A DNA stretch of 64,000 nt from Macrostomum lignano. Taxonomy: Eukaryota. The position numbers were made by a program, and so were the translations under genes. The stretch lies in assembly GCA_002269645.1 (NCBI GenBank), contig NIVC01000368.1:62001-126000 (forward strand). Reading direction: 5' to 3'. Shown here piece by piece: positions 1 through 11,894 of this stretch (position 1 is its first letter; each line of letters opens with the position of its first letter). The notes below the pieces were generated by a model. It did no database searches. It saw only the letters and a program-made list of their open reading frames with translations, and was not told where the DNA came from.

Positions 1-624
1 CTATATTATTATTTTGAACTGACTATGAGTGAGTCGTGCTATGCGTTAGCTGATTGACTAGCAATCAGCGCCCCCCGTTGGGAGCCAAAAAATGCAGTAC
101 AAGTTGTTTTAATAAACTACATGTAGCGTCTCTTTGAATTTTACTCCAGCAGTCCCTTGTAAGCCATGACATGTCAGCAATTCCCCCCACAAGCCTTAAC
201 ATATCAACTCCCCCCTTGACATCTCAACGATGCCCCCATAAGCCTTAAAATCTTAAAAAATCTGTCTACTTTCTAACCCTAGCCCTAACCGTAAAGCATT
301 GACATTTCAGTAATTCTCTCCAAGAGTCATTATAGCACTACTACAGTATTATAGCGATTACCTGCAAGCCTCGACATCGTAGGGATTCCCAAATGAATCT
401 CTTAACTTCGACATGAAGCTTCTTTTATTTTTTACATTACGCTTTTTCTATCAGCAATCCCTCCCGTGAGGAGCCAACAAAAAATGTAATAAAACGTTTT
501 TATTAAGCTATATGTAGCTTCTGACTTTAGCCTTGACATCTCATTTATTCCCACGTGAGCCTTGACATCTCAGCTATTCCCCCCGTAAGCCACACTATGC
601 CACACTTATGCCACACTCATTGGA

Positions 625-1117
625 TCTGTCACTAGGTCACTCTGTCACTAGGTCACTCTGTCACTAGGTCACTCTGTCACTAGGTCACTTTATCACTAGG
701 TCACTCTGTCGCTAGGTCACTCTGTCACTAGGTCACTCTGTCGCTAGGTCACTCTGTCACTAGATCACTCTGTCACTAGGTCACTCTGTCACTAGGTCAC
801 TCTGTCACTAGGTCACTCTGTCACTAGGTCACTCTGTCGCTAGGTCGCTCTGTCACTAGGTCACTGTCACTAGGTCACTCTGTCACTAGGTCACTCTGTC
901 ACTAGGTCACTCTGTCACTAGGTCACTCTGTCACTAGGTCACTCTGTCACTAGGTCACTCTGTCACTAGGTCACTCTGTCACTAGGTCACTCTGTCGCTA
1001 GGTCACTCTGTCACTAGGTCACTCTGTCACTAGGTCACTCTGTCACTAGGTCACTCTGTCACTAGGTCGCTCTGTCACTAGGTCACTCTGTCACTAGGTC
1101 GCTCTGTCACTAGGTCA
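625..1117. repeat. 16-bp minisatellite (CTCTGTCACTAGGTCA)n
   Basis: About 30 near-perfect tandem copies visible directly. Confidence 0.95.
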
Positions 1118-1312
1118 ATATGTTACTCTGCCACTCTGTTACTCTGTCAGCCTCTCACTAGATCACTCATAAAGTCACGCTCTCATAAATATAGATATAT
1201 CCTCAATACGTTACTAGGTCACCTCGTCAGTCTGTCATTAGGTCACCTCTTTACACATATACTAGACAGGCCCTAAGTCCAGACAGAATGGTCTCTTAAT
1301 TCAATTTCCAGC

Positions 1313-1493
1313 TGTAAACTGAGAGAAGGCGAGAGTTAAGCGAGACCAAAAACACACGAAGTGGCTAAAGCCACGCGCAACGATTTATATATTTGCAATG
1401 TACACCAATCAATGTACATCGCGATTATTTGCAGATGAATAACTCCGACCCAATAACAACCACACAACAGCGAAAACATTCACGCCTCTTACA
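1313..1493 (-). repeat. 3' LTR (181 bp)
   Basis: Identical to 6093-6273 except one base (1486 vs 6266). Confidence 0.95.
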
Positions 1494-1506
1494 TCACTCC
1501 TTCCCT
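1494..1506 (-). other. Polypurine tract AGGGAAGGAGTGA
   Basis: Purine-rich run on the minus strand directly before the 3' LTR. Confidence 0.85.
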
Positions 1507-1601
1507 AAATTGAGGATAATAAAAAAAACTGCGAAAATACAAAAGAGGCAGTAAAACCATGAGAATTAAAAATGCACGAATAGCAAAAATGAACCAGTAA
1601 A

Positions 1602-4600
1602 CTAGTTTTGCGCAGCATAAAAATCAGGCGGTCTTCGAGTCCTTGCCGAACGCCGAGGGCCGACTGCGGTCGGCTCATCCAGCAAGTCCGTCCAGGTCAG
1701 CCGCGGATCGACAGCCGGGCTGGGCGGTCGGCCGGCCTCTGCAGCGGGCGGAGTCGGGGCGGACTGCCAGGAAGCGGGCTGCGGCCGCCTGCGCACGAAC
1801 AGCTTGAGCCGGTCGTGATGCACCACCGTGCTTCGTCTCCGGCCGGCGGGTTTTGAGATCCGGTAGGTGACGGGGCCCAGCCTCTCCAGCACGCGGTACG
1901 GTCCCAGCCACCGCCGACGGAGAGCCTTGGACTGGCCCTTCAACACCGCCGGGTTGCTGAGCATCACCAGCTGCCCGACTTGGATCGGCGTGAAGTGCTG
2001 GCGCTTGTCGTACTGCTGCTTCCGTGACCGCTGTGTCGACTGCAGGCGCTGCCGCACGAGCTGCAAGCCGGTGCGAGCGTCTGCCAGCGTGTCCGTGACG
2101 AGCCTCCTTTCGCCGCCTGCAGGTAAACTGAGCTCTGCCGGGATCCTGGGGTCACATCCGTGAAGCACTGCGTAGGGCGACCTCTTGGTGGTGCAGTGTG
2201 CTGAAGAGTTGTAAGCCCAGATGACGTACGGCAGGAAGTCCGCCCATTTGTTCTGCTGTTCCATGCAGTACGCCGCCAGCATGTCGCCTAATGTTCGGTT
2301 GAACCGCTCGACTGCAGGGTTGCCGCTGGGATGGAAGGGTGTCGTTCTTGTCTTGCGAATATCCAGCAGGCGGCACAGCTCTTGGAAGATGTCACTTTCA
2401 AACTGACGACCCTGATCGGAGTGGATGACTTCGGGCGCTCCGTGGCGAAGAACGACACTCCTTAGCAGCGCATCCGCAACCGTCCGGGCCTCAATGTTGG
2501 ACACCGCGGTCGCCTCAACCCACTTGGAAAACACGTCCGTGAAGCAGATGATGTACCTGAGGCCGGCTTCAGTCTCTGGGAGGGGCCCTTTGATGTCCAC
2601 CTGCACCATCTCCCAAGGAGCTGATGGCACGGTGTTGTTCTGCAGCGGGGCCCTCTGGTGCTGATGCGGTACCTTGCGACGCTGACACACTTCGCAGCTG
2701 CTCACCCAGTGCTGGACGTCGTCCTTTAGGCCGGGCCACCAAGCTCTGCTGACGACTCTGGCCAGCGTCCTTTCGGTTCCGAGGTGCCCGCTTGCAGGAT
2801 CGTCGTGCAGCAGCTGCAGCAGGTCCTGGCGAAGCTGCCGCGGGATGACGGGTTGGCCACTCTTCTTGAGGACGCCATCTTCACCAAGGTCCAGCTTCTC
2901 TGTCCTCACCAGGTGTTCTGCGTCATCTGCAGCCTTGCCACGTCTTGGCCTTTGTCCGAGGAGCACTTGTCGAGCCGCCGCTAGCACTGGGTCGTCAGCC
3001 TGCGCTACACGGATGTCGTTGTCCGACCAGGCAGGGTGCAGCCGGGTCGCCGCTGCTCGGCTCAGTGCGTCCGCAACCACGTTTTCGCGACCAGGTCTGA
3101 AGAGCAGCTTGAAGTTGATCTCCTGCAGAAACGTAATCCATCTGGCTAGCCGGCCTTCTGGCTCCTTGGTGTTGAGCAGCCCTTGCAACGGCTTGTGGTC
3201 GGTGAAGACGAGAATTTCGCCAGCGGACGCCAAGTAGTTCCGGAAATGCTTCATCGCCCAGACCACCGCAAGAAGCTCTCTGTGGGTAGTCGAATAATTG
3301 CGCTCCGCTTTGTTCAGGACTCTCGACGCGTAGGCTACCGGACACTCGGCATCTTCGTGGAGCTGGCTCAGGACGCCGGCGATGGCCACTCCGCTGCTGT
3401 CACAACACAACCGGAATCCCTTGGAAAAGTCAGGCAGCTTCAGTACGGGTGGTGTCGACAGAGCTGACTTCAGCTTCCGCAGAGCGTCATCGCACTGAGT
3501 TGTCCATTGAAACTGTCGACTCTTCTGAGTCGCCTGATGAAGCGGATTAGCGATGCTGGCGAAGTGCGGAACGAAACGCCGGTAGAAGCCCAGCATGCCG
3601 ACAAGCCGGCGAACATCCTCAGCGCATTCGGGTATCGGGATGGACTGGATAGCGCTGACCTTGTCCTGAGTTGGTCGAATGCCTTCTGCCGAGATTTTGT
3701 GTCCTAGGTACTCAACCTCCTGGAAGCAGAAGTAGCTCTTGCGTTTGTTCAATTTGAGGCCAGCAGACTGCAGTCTTCCCAGGACCTGTTCCAGTGTTTC
3801 CGCATGCTTCTCGAAGGTCTGACTAAACAGAATCAGATCGTCCATGTACGTGAGCACCTCTGTCCAGTTCAGGCCGGCCATCGTTAGGTCCATCAGGCGC
3901 TGAAAGGTTGCCGGGGCGTTGCAGAGGCCGAACCCGAGTTTCCTGTACTGCATCAGGCCCTGCGTGGTGTAGAAAGCGGTCTTCTCCCGGTCTTGCTCTC
4001 GCAGCTCAACCTGCAGGAACCCTTGGCGGAGGTCAAGAGTGCTGAACCAACTGCTTCCAGTGAGCGCGTCCAGCGCAGCAGACAGCGGAGGCAGCGGGTA
4101 GGCGTCCTTCACGGTGCACGAGTTGAGGGCTCTCCAGTCGGTGCAGATTCGAATCTCGTTGTTTTTCTTTCGCACCACAAGCAGATTACTCGCCCATGGA
4201 CTGCAGGACGGCTCGATAATCCCGTGACGCCGCATCTCGCTAATTTTCTCGTCCACTTGCTGCCGGTAATTCAGGGGAACGGTCCGTTGCCTATGCTTGA
4301 TGGGGCGACTGCCGGGTTCCAGATTAATCTCGTGTTGCAGCAGGTGTGTTGTTCCCAGGTCAAACTCGTGCCTGGCGAATGCCTGCTCTGCCTGGCACAG
4401 CAAGGATTCGATGCGCTCGCGCTGCGACTCGCTCAGCTCCGGGTTGATGTTAAAGCCAGCTTCCTCTTCACCAGGTTCACCGTCTGCTCCGTTTACTTCT
4501 GCAGCGTCGAAGTTGCCGATTGCCTGGTTCTGGTAGAGCACCACCGGGTCGGCACTCACGTTGCAGACGCCCACTGGGAGATTTCCGTCTACGCTGGAGA

Positions 4601-5225
4601 CCACCAGAGCCCTGTTTGGCAGCAGGCCAGTCTTGTCGATAAAATCTGAGCTGGGCTCGAATAGACCCTGCTCGACAGACGATGGCACTTTGACTGGGAT
4701 GATGACGCGGCTGCGGGCTGGAATGGACACGGTGCTGGCAACTCTGGCAATCACGGCGGTGGGCACCACTCGGCAGGCCTGCGAGGAGCTCCTGTCCGGC
4801 AAGATCGAGATCCTGGTTGACCCCAGCTGGACAGAAGACGCCGGGAGATTGACGCTAAAACTTGAGCACATTTTCCCGATGGCGTCCATACCGAGCACGC
4901 ATTCCGGCTGAATCCCGGCAACCACCATTACCTGGTGCTCCACGGATGGCAGTCCCTCTAGCTGTATCGCTATCGTTGCACTCGCCGGAGACTCCAAGCG
5001 TCGACCATCGATTCCGACCGGAGTGCTGATAGGAGGATGAAGCTGAGCATCGACTCCTAGAACTCGAAGCAGCGCAGCTGAAACTAAAGTTACCTGTGCG
5101 CCAGTGTCGAACAGCCACCTGCAGGGCCGGCCAGCAATGCTGCCGGGCAGAAATATTGAGACGGTTTGGGCCTTGCTAGGCAGGGCTGGTGATGGCCCGC
5201 GCTCACCAGTCCTCAGAAGTTTCCC
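1602..5225 (-). CDS. pol: Gypsy Pol: protease, reverse transcriptase, RNase H, integrase (reached by -1 frameshift from gag)
   Basis: LFDTGA protease; STLDLRQGF and YMDD RT; CDSS...TDHKPL RNase H; HHCC (HDDPASGH...CEVC); D-D-E (QVD, HSDQG, VERFN); WLGPY GPY/F module. Uninterrupted ORF 1602..5360. Confidence 0.97.
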   Translation of the reverse strand, partial: GKLLRTGERGPSPALPSKAQTVSIFLPGSIAGRPCRWLFDTGAQVTLVSAALLRVLGVDAQLHPPISTPVGIDGRRLESPASATIAIQLEGLPSVEHQVMVVAGIQPECVLGMDAIGKMCSSFSVNLPASSVQLGSTRISILPDRSSSQACRVVPTAVIARVASTVSIPARSRVIIPVKVPSSVEQGLFEPSSDFIDKTGLLPNRALVVSSVDGNLPVGVCNVSADPVVLYQNQAIGNFDAAEVNGADGEPGEEEAGFNINPELSESQRERIESLLCQAEQAFARHEFDLGTTHLLQHEINLEPGSRPIKHRQRTVPLNYRQQVDEKISEMRRHGIIEPSCSPWASNLLVVRKKNNEIRICTDWRALNSCTVKDAYPLPPLSAALDALTGSSWFSTLDLRQGFLQVELREQDREKTAFYTTQGLMQYRKLGFGLCNAPATFQRLMDLTMAGLNWTEVLTYMDDLILFSQTFEKHAETLEQVLGRLQSAGLKLNKRKSYFCFQEVEYLGHKISAEGIRPTQDKVSAIQSIPIPECAEDVRRLVGMLGFYRRFVPHFASIANPLHQATQKSRQFQWTTQCDDALRKLKSALSTPPVLKLPDFSKGFRLCCDSSGVAIAGVLSQLHEDAECPVAYASRVLNKAERNYSTTHRELLAVVWAMKHFRNYLASAGEILVFTDHKPLQGLLNTKEPEGRLARWITFLQEINFKLLFRPGRENVVADALSRAAATRLHPAWSDNDIRVAQADDPVLAAARQVLLGQRPRRGKAADDAEHLVRTEKLDLGEDGVLKKSGQPVIPRQLRQDLLQLLHDDPASGHLGTERTLARVVSRAWWPGLKDDVQHWVSSCEVCQRRKVPHQHQRAPLQNNTVPSAPWEMVQVDIKGPLPETEAGLRYIICFTDVFSKWVEATAVSNIEARTVADALLRSVVLRHGAPEVIHSDQGRQFESDIFQELCRLLDIRKTRTTPFHPSGNPAVERFNRTLGDMLAAYCMEQQNKWADFLPYVIWAYNSSAHCTTKRSPYAVLHGCDPRIPAELSLPAGGERRLVTDTLADARTGLQLVRQRLQSTQRSRKQQYDKRQHFTPIQVGQLVMLSNPAVLKGQSKALRRRWLGPYRVLERLGPVTYRISKPAGRRRSTVVHHDRLKLFVRRRPQPASWQSAPTPPAAEAGRPPSPAVDPRLTWTDLLDEPTAVGPRRSARTRRPPDFYAAQN
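5166..5225 (-). promoter_or_regulatory. -1 programmed ribosomal frameshift signal (G GGA AAC plus stem/pseudoknot)
   Basis: X XXY YYZ heptamer GGGAAAC at 5225-5219 in the gag frame, 3 nt before the gag stop. The -1 frame is the pol ORF. Followed after 9 nt by a CTGGTGA/TCACCAG stem. Confidence 0.8.
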
Positions 5226-6055
5226 GAAGCCGGGGTCGGGCAGACCTCGGCCCGGTGTCCTCTGCCTGAGCAGCGGCTGCACATAGACGGCACAGCTGGA
5301 GCGACTTGCTTGCCTGGACACTGAGCAGCGAAATGACCGGGCTGAGCACAGTTGAAGCATTTTTCACGGGTGCTGCCTCTTCCACGAGCTGCATTCCTTC
5401 TCCCACCGCGCTGTCCTCCGCGGCTGCCAATGGTGGCGACTGTCGCAGCCAGATCCGCCAACTGCTCTTGCATTTGCTCCAGCCGGTCAGTCACTTGGCT
5501 GCTCACCGATGTCACTGCGACGCTTACCGGGGCTCCTTTGCTGCCGATGCTCTCCAGCGCTGTGGCGCGGTCTGCCAGCTGTTCAGGACTGCTGCTGTCA
5601 TAATCCGAAGCTTTCAACAGAGCCTCACGGATCTCTGTCGGCAGCAGAGCTAGCAGTCGGTGTCGCACTTCGCAATCTCTCACCGTTTGAGCGTGCTCCG
5701 GGCGTGCCTTTCGATACAGAAGCTTGAGTGCGTAGCACAGCTCCCTCAGCGACTCTCCTTGGCGTCGCTTCCGGCTCTCGAACTCAGACATAGCGCGAAA
5801 AGTGTTATCCTTGCCTCTGTAGAACTTGACGAGTTCGTCCTTTAAGGTCTTGTAGCTGCTCTGTTTGGCCGCTGGCAGGTCCCAGACGAACACGAGGGCT
5901 TCACCTGATAGAAGCAGCTTGATCTTGGATGCCATCTTGGTGTCGTTCCACTCAGAATCTGCTGCAAAGTCCTCAAACATCTGCAGCCACATGTTGATAT
6001 CGGTATCGTCTGAGCCAGAAAACTTTGGCGGTAAAAGTGCATTTGCGTGCGCCAT
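5213..6055 (-). CDS. gag: Gypsy Gag with two CCHC zinc knuckles (280 aa from ATG 6055)
   Basis: PPKFSG...W capsid N-terminal motif; CFNCAQPGHFAAQC and CSRCSGRGHRAEVC knuckles. The ORF-track start at 6073 is a TTG; the first ATG is at 6055. Confidence 0.93.
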   Translation of the reverse strand: MAHANALLPPKFSGSDDTDINMWLQMFEDFAADSEWNDTKMASKIKLLLSGEALVFVWDLPAAKQSSYKTLKDELVKFYRGKDNTFRAMSEFESRKRRQGESLRELCYALKLLYRKARPEHAQTVRDCEVRHRLLALLPTEIREALLKASDYDSSSPEQLADRATALESIGSKGAPVSVAVTSVSSQVTDRLEQMQEQLADLAATVATIGSRGGQRGGRRNAARGRGSTREKCFNCAQPGHFAAQCPGKQVAPAVPSMCSRCSGRGHRAEVCPTPASGNF

Positions 6056-6079
6056 GAGTGAGCCGGTTTGCAACTGAGG

Positions 6080-6091
6080 CCGCTGCCACCA
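6080..6091 (-). other. Primer binding site TGGTGGCAGCGG (tRNA-Leu type)
   Basis: 1 nt inside the 5' LTR. Complementary to the ...CCGCTGCCACCA 3' end typical of eukaryotic tRNA-Leu. Confidence 0.85.
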
Positions 6092-6092
6092 A

Positions 6093-6273
6093 TGTAAACT
6101 GAGAGAAGGCGAGAGTTAAGCGAGACCAAAAACACACGAAGTGGCTAAAGCCACGCGCAACGATTTATATATTTGCAATGTACACCAATCAATGTACATC
6201 GCGATTATTTGCAGATGAATAACTCCGACCCAATAACAACCACACAACAGCGAAAACATTCACGCTTCTTACA
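6093..6273 (-). repeat. 5' LTR (181 bp)
   Basis: Direct repeat of 1313-1493. Carries a TATATAAA-like box on the minus strand. Confidence 0.95.
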
Positions 6274-7092
6274 CAGCTTTCACTAGTTCCTAGTGTATTA
6301 TCAGTCTCGCTAGTTTTTTTGCCTAAAGTTATACCTCTTTTTGTCAGTCGCTTGACTTTTTACTGTATCACTAAGAATCCAGCTCATTCACATGGTTAAA
6401 AGCAGAAGAAGTATTAATATGTAGCTACGTGTACTCGAGTGGAAATGTAAAATGGCACAAGGGCAGATGGGTAGACAGGCAGGTGGGCTCAGTCTATACA
6501 GTCTATACAGACAGAGCTGGGTTTGCGCAGAAAAAAGTTTCACTTTAAACCTCTTGGCCTGGGGCAAGTTTAGATCTGGTTTTAGTTTAATCTAAAGTAC
6601 ATTAAACTAGCAGGCATAGGTTACAGCTTGCGGTTTTATGACCTTTGCCTTATCCGAGCCTATGTAGTCTCTCGTATAGGCTGCTGTCAGATTGCTTCTA
6701 GCTGATAAAAAATAAAAACGATATATTTTATTGCTGGTTCACTCGATCTTGCGCTGGTCCTTTCCTCTATTTGAATATAGCATGAAAGCGCCGCGTGTGT
6801 CTCGGTGTGTGTCCACTCGTTTACCAAGCCTTTAGGATTGTGTAGAGCCTTAACAATCAAAACGATTGGTTACAAATCTAAATATTCTCTCTTATAAATC
6901 TGAATACCCTATCTCCACTGTAGCACAAAATCACTGTTCGTTTGGAAGCAAAAGAAAAAAGATTCATTCAACAGAACATGCGACTGTACACTTCGCTTTA
7001 TCGGCCAGCTGTAAGTAGAGCGAACTCTTTGTTCAAGTATTTTTATCATTAGAATTGTCAGTCTCATAGTTTGAGTGATAGATTGATTAATT

Positions 7093-7206
7093 AAGACAGA
7101 CAACAGACAGATAGACAGACAGACAGACACACAGACAGACAGACAGACAGACAGACACACAGACAGACAGACAGACAGACACACAGACAGACAGGCAGAC
7201 ACACAC

Positions 7207-7241
<35 letters not shown>

Positions 7242-7312
7242 CACACACAGACAGACAGACAGACAGACAGGCAGACAGACAGACAGACAGACAGACGGAG
7301 ACAGACAGACAG
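7093..7312. repeat. (GACA)n/(CA)n microsatellite
   Basis: Seen directly; source of the CLSV ORFs. Confidence 0.95.
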
Positions 7313-8029
7313 GCCAAACATCATTGGTACGCTATATAGTAAAATATACTAGTTGCTTTAGTTAGATTCAAACAGAGTAATAAAAGTTGACACGGACAGG
7401 ACAAAAATGGCATCGGAAATTGCCGCAGTGGATGCATGAAAACCAGATTAAAGCCGATTGATAGCGACTATTACGTTGGCGGCCTGTATTGGAGGCCTGG
7501 GTTAAATATTTTTAGCTAATCGCGTGTTAGCTATCTGTAGATAGGCTGTAAAGTGTGAAATCGAGAAATGAAATGCCAGTCTATATTAAGTAGGCATCGT
7601 TTTCTGCGCAAAATTTTAAGGACCTTATTTTAGCGATCTTGTGTTCGGAACTACAAACCTTTTTTGTTAGATCTTTCTAGTAGAATTGTAATTATTGTTT
7701 TAAATTGTAATACAACCTGCGACCTATTTCTATCTGTAGATAGTCATTTCCCTTTTTTAAAAAGTTGAATACTGACTACAAAGTTGCAAAACGAGTATTT
7801 CTGATTAAAGAAAAGAAGTTCAAAAGATCAACAAATTCATTTCAAGGGTTCAAAGAGTTTCACTGCGCATTTAGTATCAGAAAATTGGTTGCATTGGTTG
7901 CCCCCGTTTTGCGTCTTCTGCTCTCTACAGTTTGCTTTAACTATTTCTCTTTTCGCTCTCTTCTCCCCTGTTCTCTCGACCCTTATTTTAGGCTCTACTC
8001 CTGTTTTCTGCTCTTAATTACTCCCCTTT

Positions 8030-8635
8030 TCCGCTCTCTACTCCTCTTTTCCGCTCTCTACCCCTATTTTCCGCTCTCTACTCCTCTTTTCCGCTCTCTA
8101 CCCCTATTTTCCGCTCTCTACTCCTCTTTTCCACACTCTACTTCCTTTCCGCTTTCTTCCTGCCCGTTCTCTACTCTCCTTTTCCCACGCACTCTACTCC
8201 CACTTTCGGCTCTCTACTTCCCTCCCCTTTTTTCTCGACTGTTTCCCTTTTCCGCTCTCTACCGGTACTTCCATTTTCCGCTCTCTACCCCCTTTTCCAC
8301 TCTCTACATCCCTATTCCGCTCCCTACTCCCCATTCCGCTCCCTACTCCCCATTCCGCTCTCTACTCCCCATTCCGCTCTCTACTCCCCATTTCGCTCTC
8401 CACTCCCCATTTCGCTCTCTACTCCCCATTCCGCTCTCTACTCCCCATTTTGCTCTCTACTTCCCATTCCGCTCTCTACTCCCCATTTTGCTCTCTACTT
8501 CCCATTCCGCTCTCTACTCCCCATTCCGCTCTCTACTCCCCATTTTGCTCTCTACTTCCCATTCCGCTCTCTACTCCCCATTTTACTCTCTACTTCCCTA
8601 TTCCGCTCTCTACTCCCCATTCCGCTCTCAACTTC
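8030..8635. repeat. Pyrimidine-rich minisatellite (TTCCGCTCTCTACTCCCCA-type)
   Basis: Tandem units of about 19-20 bp. Confidence 0.9.
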
Positions 8636-9764
8636 CATTTGCCACTATCGACTTTCCATTCTTGCTATCCACACAGTTCCGGCTGTGTGGAATAGAGAAC
8701 GAATCACCTTTTTCGTTCTCTATTATTTATACCGATTCCATTGTGCGCTTTTATCAAAACTTTTAGGTTTTAAGTCATTAAAATTGTACTGTATTGTATT
8801 GGTTTGTTTGTTTTTATCCCGAAAACAATTAAAACCAGTTAATTTTAAACAATCAATGTATACTACTGGGGACGAGAGTAGTTGAAAACTTTCTCAGGTT
8901 TCTGTTTGTACTTTTCTGAGCTAGACGGCTCAACAACAGTGTACGTATCAAACTAGTCAGTCGTATTAATCTTTTCTGTCTTCAGAGTTTATTCAAATTT
9001 CTTTTAATCTTCGTCTCCCTTTTGCTTCATTGGCAGTTTTGAGTGGAATGGATTGACTTCGTTTTCATTATAAGTCTGGCAAGGCCGCCCGGATGTTAGA
9101 AGAAGGAGTTTCCATGCTCTCGCTAGCTTCTCTGATCAGATTTCTTATCGGGATTGCCAAGCTTTTTTCCTGTGTATCAGCCGACAACTCATCGCGTCTT
9201 TTCAGTTTTTTCCTGAGAAAAAATCAAATAGGTCTCTTCTTATCCTGATTCGCATTGGTTCCACAGCAAAACAGTTTATTTCTGCGTGAGGTAGAAACAT
9301 CTCGAGCATCAGTCCTTAGATTATAAATAAATAATTATCCATAGATGGGGCTGAGGGCACCTTGGCCCATTCAGCTGACTCCTGAGGACACACGCTCACA
9401 CAGGGTGTACCGGGCCTTTGACTGTCTAATCGTCAGGCATGTACACTTCACTGTGCCTTGGCGGTTAGCCCTCATTTATGTGAATCGCGTGGCCACCCAG
9501 TGTGTCCAAGGGAACCTCCTGCAGGGCCCATCCAAGTAGTCATCTGTCACAAAACTAGAACACACGGACGCATTTTACCTGCCCAATTGCAAAGTGGAAC
9601 CTTCCCAGCTAAGAAACCGGTTTCAGCCGAAAGTCAGCACCGCTTCCAGTTTCACTGTCAGCATCATCCTTACACTGTCAGCATTGCTCTGTGACAAATA
9701 TTCCTGAGAATCATCAGATTAGTTATTGCCTCTACTCTCATTTTCCTCTTTACTGTTTCCCTCT

Positions 9765-10985
9765 TCTACTCTCTACTCTTCTTTTCAGCTCTCTACACCC
9801 CTTTTCCGCTCTCTATTCCCCTTTTCCGCTCTCTACTCCCCTTTTTCGCTCTCTACACCCCTTTTCCGCTCTCTATTCCCCTTTTCCGCTCTCTATTCAC
9901 CTTTTCCGCTTTCTACTCCCCCTTTCCGCTCTCTACACCCCTTTTCCACTCTCTATTCACCTTTTCCGCTTTCTACTCCCCCTTTCCGCTCTCTACACCC
10001 CTTTTCCACTCTCTATTCACCTTTTCCGCTTTCTACTCCCCCTTTCCGCTCTCTACACCCCTTTTCCACTCTCTATTCACCTTTTCCGCTCTCTACTCTC
10101 CTTTTCCGCTCTCTACACCCCTTTTCCACTCTCTATTCACCTTTTCCGCTCTCTACTCTCCTTTCAACTCTCTACTCCCCCTTTCCGCTCTTTACTCCCC
10201 TTTTCCGCTCTTTACCTGCCCCCCCTTTCTGCTCTCTACTCCCCATTTTCTGCTCTCTACTTCCATTTTCCGCTCTCTACTCTCCTTTTCAGCTCTCTAC
10301 ACCCCTTTTCCACTCTCTATTCCCCTTTTCCGCTCTCTATTCCCTTTTTCAGCTCTCTACTCAACTCCCCTTTTCCGCTCTCTACTCCCCTTTTCCGCTC
10401 TCTATTCCCCTTTTCCGCTCTCTACTTAACTCCCCTTTTCCGCTCTCTACTCAACTCCCCTTTTCCGCTCTCTACTCAACTCCCCTTTTACGCTCTCTAC
10501 TCCCCTTTTTCGCTCTCTACTCCCCTTTTCCGCTCTCTACTCAACTCCCCTTTTCCGCTCTCTACTCCCCTTTTTCGCTCTCTACTCCCCTTTTCCGCTC
10601 TCTACTTAACTCCCCTTTTCCGCTCTCTACTCCCCTTTTCCGCTCTCTATTCCCCTTTTCCGCTCTCTACTTAACTCCCCTTTTCCGCTCTCTACTCAAC
10701 TCCCCTTTTCCGCTCTCTACTCAACTCCCCTTTTACGCTCTCTACTCCCCTTTTTCGCTCTCTACTCCCCTTTTCCGCTCTCTACTCAACTCCCCTTTTC
10801 CGCTCTCTACTCCCCTTTTTCGCTCTCTACTCCCCTTTTCCGCTCTCTACTTAACTCCCCTTTTCCGCTCTCTACTCAACTCCCCTTTTACGCTCTCTAC
10901 TCCCCTTTTTCGCTCTCTACTCCCCTTTTCCACTCTCTACTCCCCTTTTCCGCTCTCTACTCCCCTTTTCCGCTCTCTACTCCCT
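9765..10985. repeat. Pyrimidine-rich minisatellite (TTTTCCGCTCTCTACTCCCC-type), same family as 8030-8635
   Basis: Tandem units of about 20-24 bp. Confidence 0.9.
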
Positions 10986-11894
10986 TGTCTGCTTCGGCTT
11001 CTGCTCTCTCTGCTTCCCTCTTTTAGCTCTCTGTCTGGCAGGCTGAGTGCAATAATTCCTAATCATGCAGCTAAACCATCGCTGAGAATTGTTTGTGCTA
11101 TCAGCTGGACACAGCTGCGTGGACACACAAACGCAACTCAAAGCAATGCTAAGCAATCACGATATGATTAAGGCAAAGCTTTAGGAAAATAAAAATTGGC
11201 GCATCTGCAAATGTGGTACTGAGCTCTGTTTAGTCTTGTTTGCGCAATCGGTGAGCACGAGCAAGAGTTTTTTCTTTTACTTTCCATCTTAGGTTAAGAA
11301 AAATATGGGAGATAAAACATTCTTTAAAGATGAAGAAGGTTCCTTGCTTCCCACGATTAATGTTGGACTGGGTGAGCTTTTGTTTGCCCCACAAGTCGCG
11401 ACAAAAATGTTCCAGACTTTTAAAAAGTGTACAGAAAAAGTCGCATGCTTTCTCATAATCTCAGTTGATAGTCCCTGCTGTTAGGGTGCAGAGTGTTAAT
11501 ATTGAAACTGATACAGTTTTCCAAGGGGGGCTGACTCAAGCCCTTTCAGTGTTGTGCCTATAGTTTAGTTAGCAAACTTAGACCTCAGTCATAGCCACAA
11601 TCCAATTGATACACTTGATACGGCCCGACTATTGGTGGCGTGAGAGCCATTTGAATGTACTTTTAACTGGACGGCGTGGCTTGCAAAGCTGGAGACTTTA
11701 TGAATGTCACATTTAGAGATTTTGTGAGAATTAAAAGGTCAAATATTTGTGAATGAAAAGTGTTCTGCCAAGTTCAATGATATGTGAATGTGAAGTTCAA
11801 GGATCAATGAATGTAAAGTTGAAAAATTAGTGAACGCGAAGATCATGTTCTTTGGATGTGAATTTTTAGAATAGGTGAATACGTAGTTGAAGAA

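Larger units (their letters stand above)
1313..6273 (-). mobile_element. Full-length Ty3/Gypsy LTR retrotransposon (4961 bp)
   Basis: Two 181-bp TGT...ACA LTRs (1313-1493, 6093-6273) with 1 mismatch. 4-bp TSD CAGC (1309-1312, 6274-6277). PBS, PPT, gag, and pol in PR-RT-RH-IN order. Confidence 0.97.

Noticed and set aside
1395-1420. CAATGTACA in the LTR matching the minisatellite core
   Set aside because: Only 9-10 bp with no flanking similarity; likely coincidence.
1608-5727. Many overlapping antisense ORFs within the Gypsy element, and likewise within 60016-63584
   Set aside because: Expected shadows of GC-rich coding sequence; no motifs.
8940-9720. Coding-looking minus-strand fragments (e.g. 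KKLKRRDELSADTQEK...)
   Set aside because: Short and interrupted by stops; I could not assemble a consistent exon chain or recognise a family.
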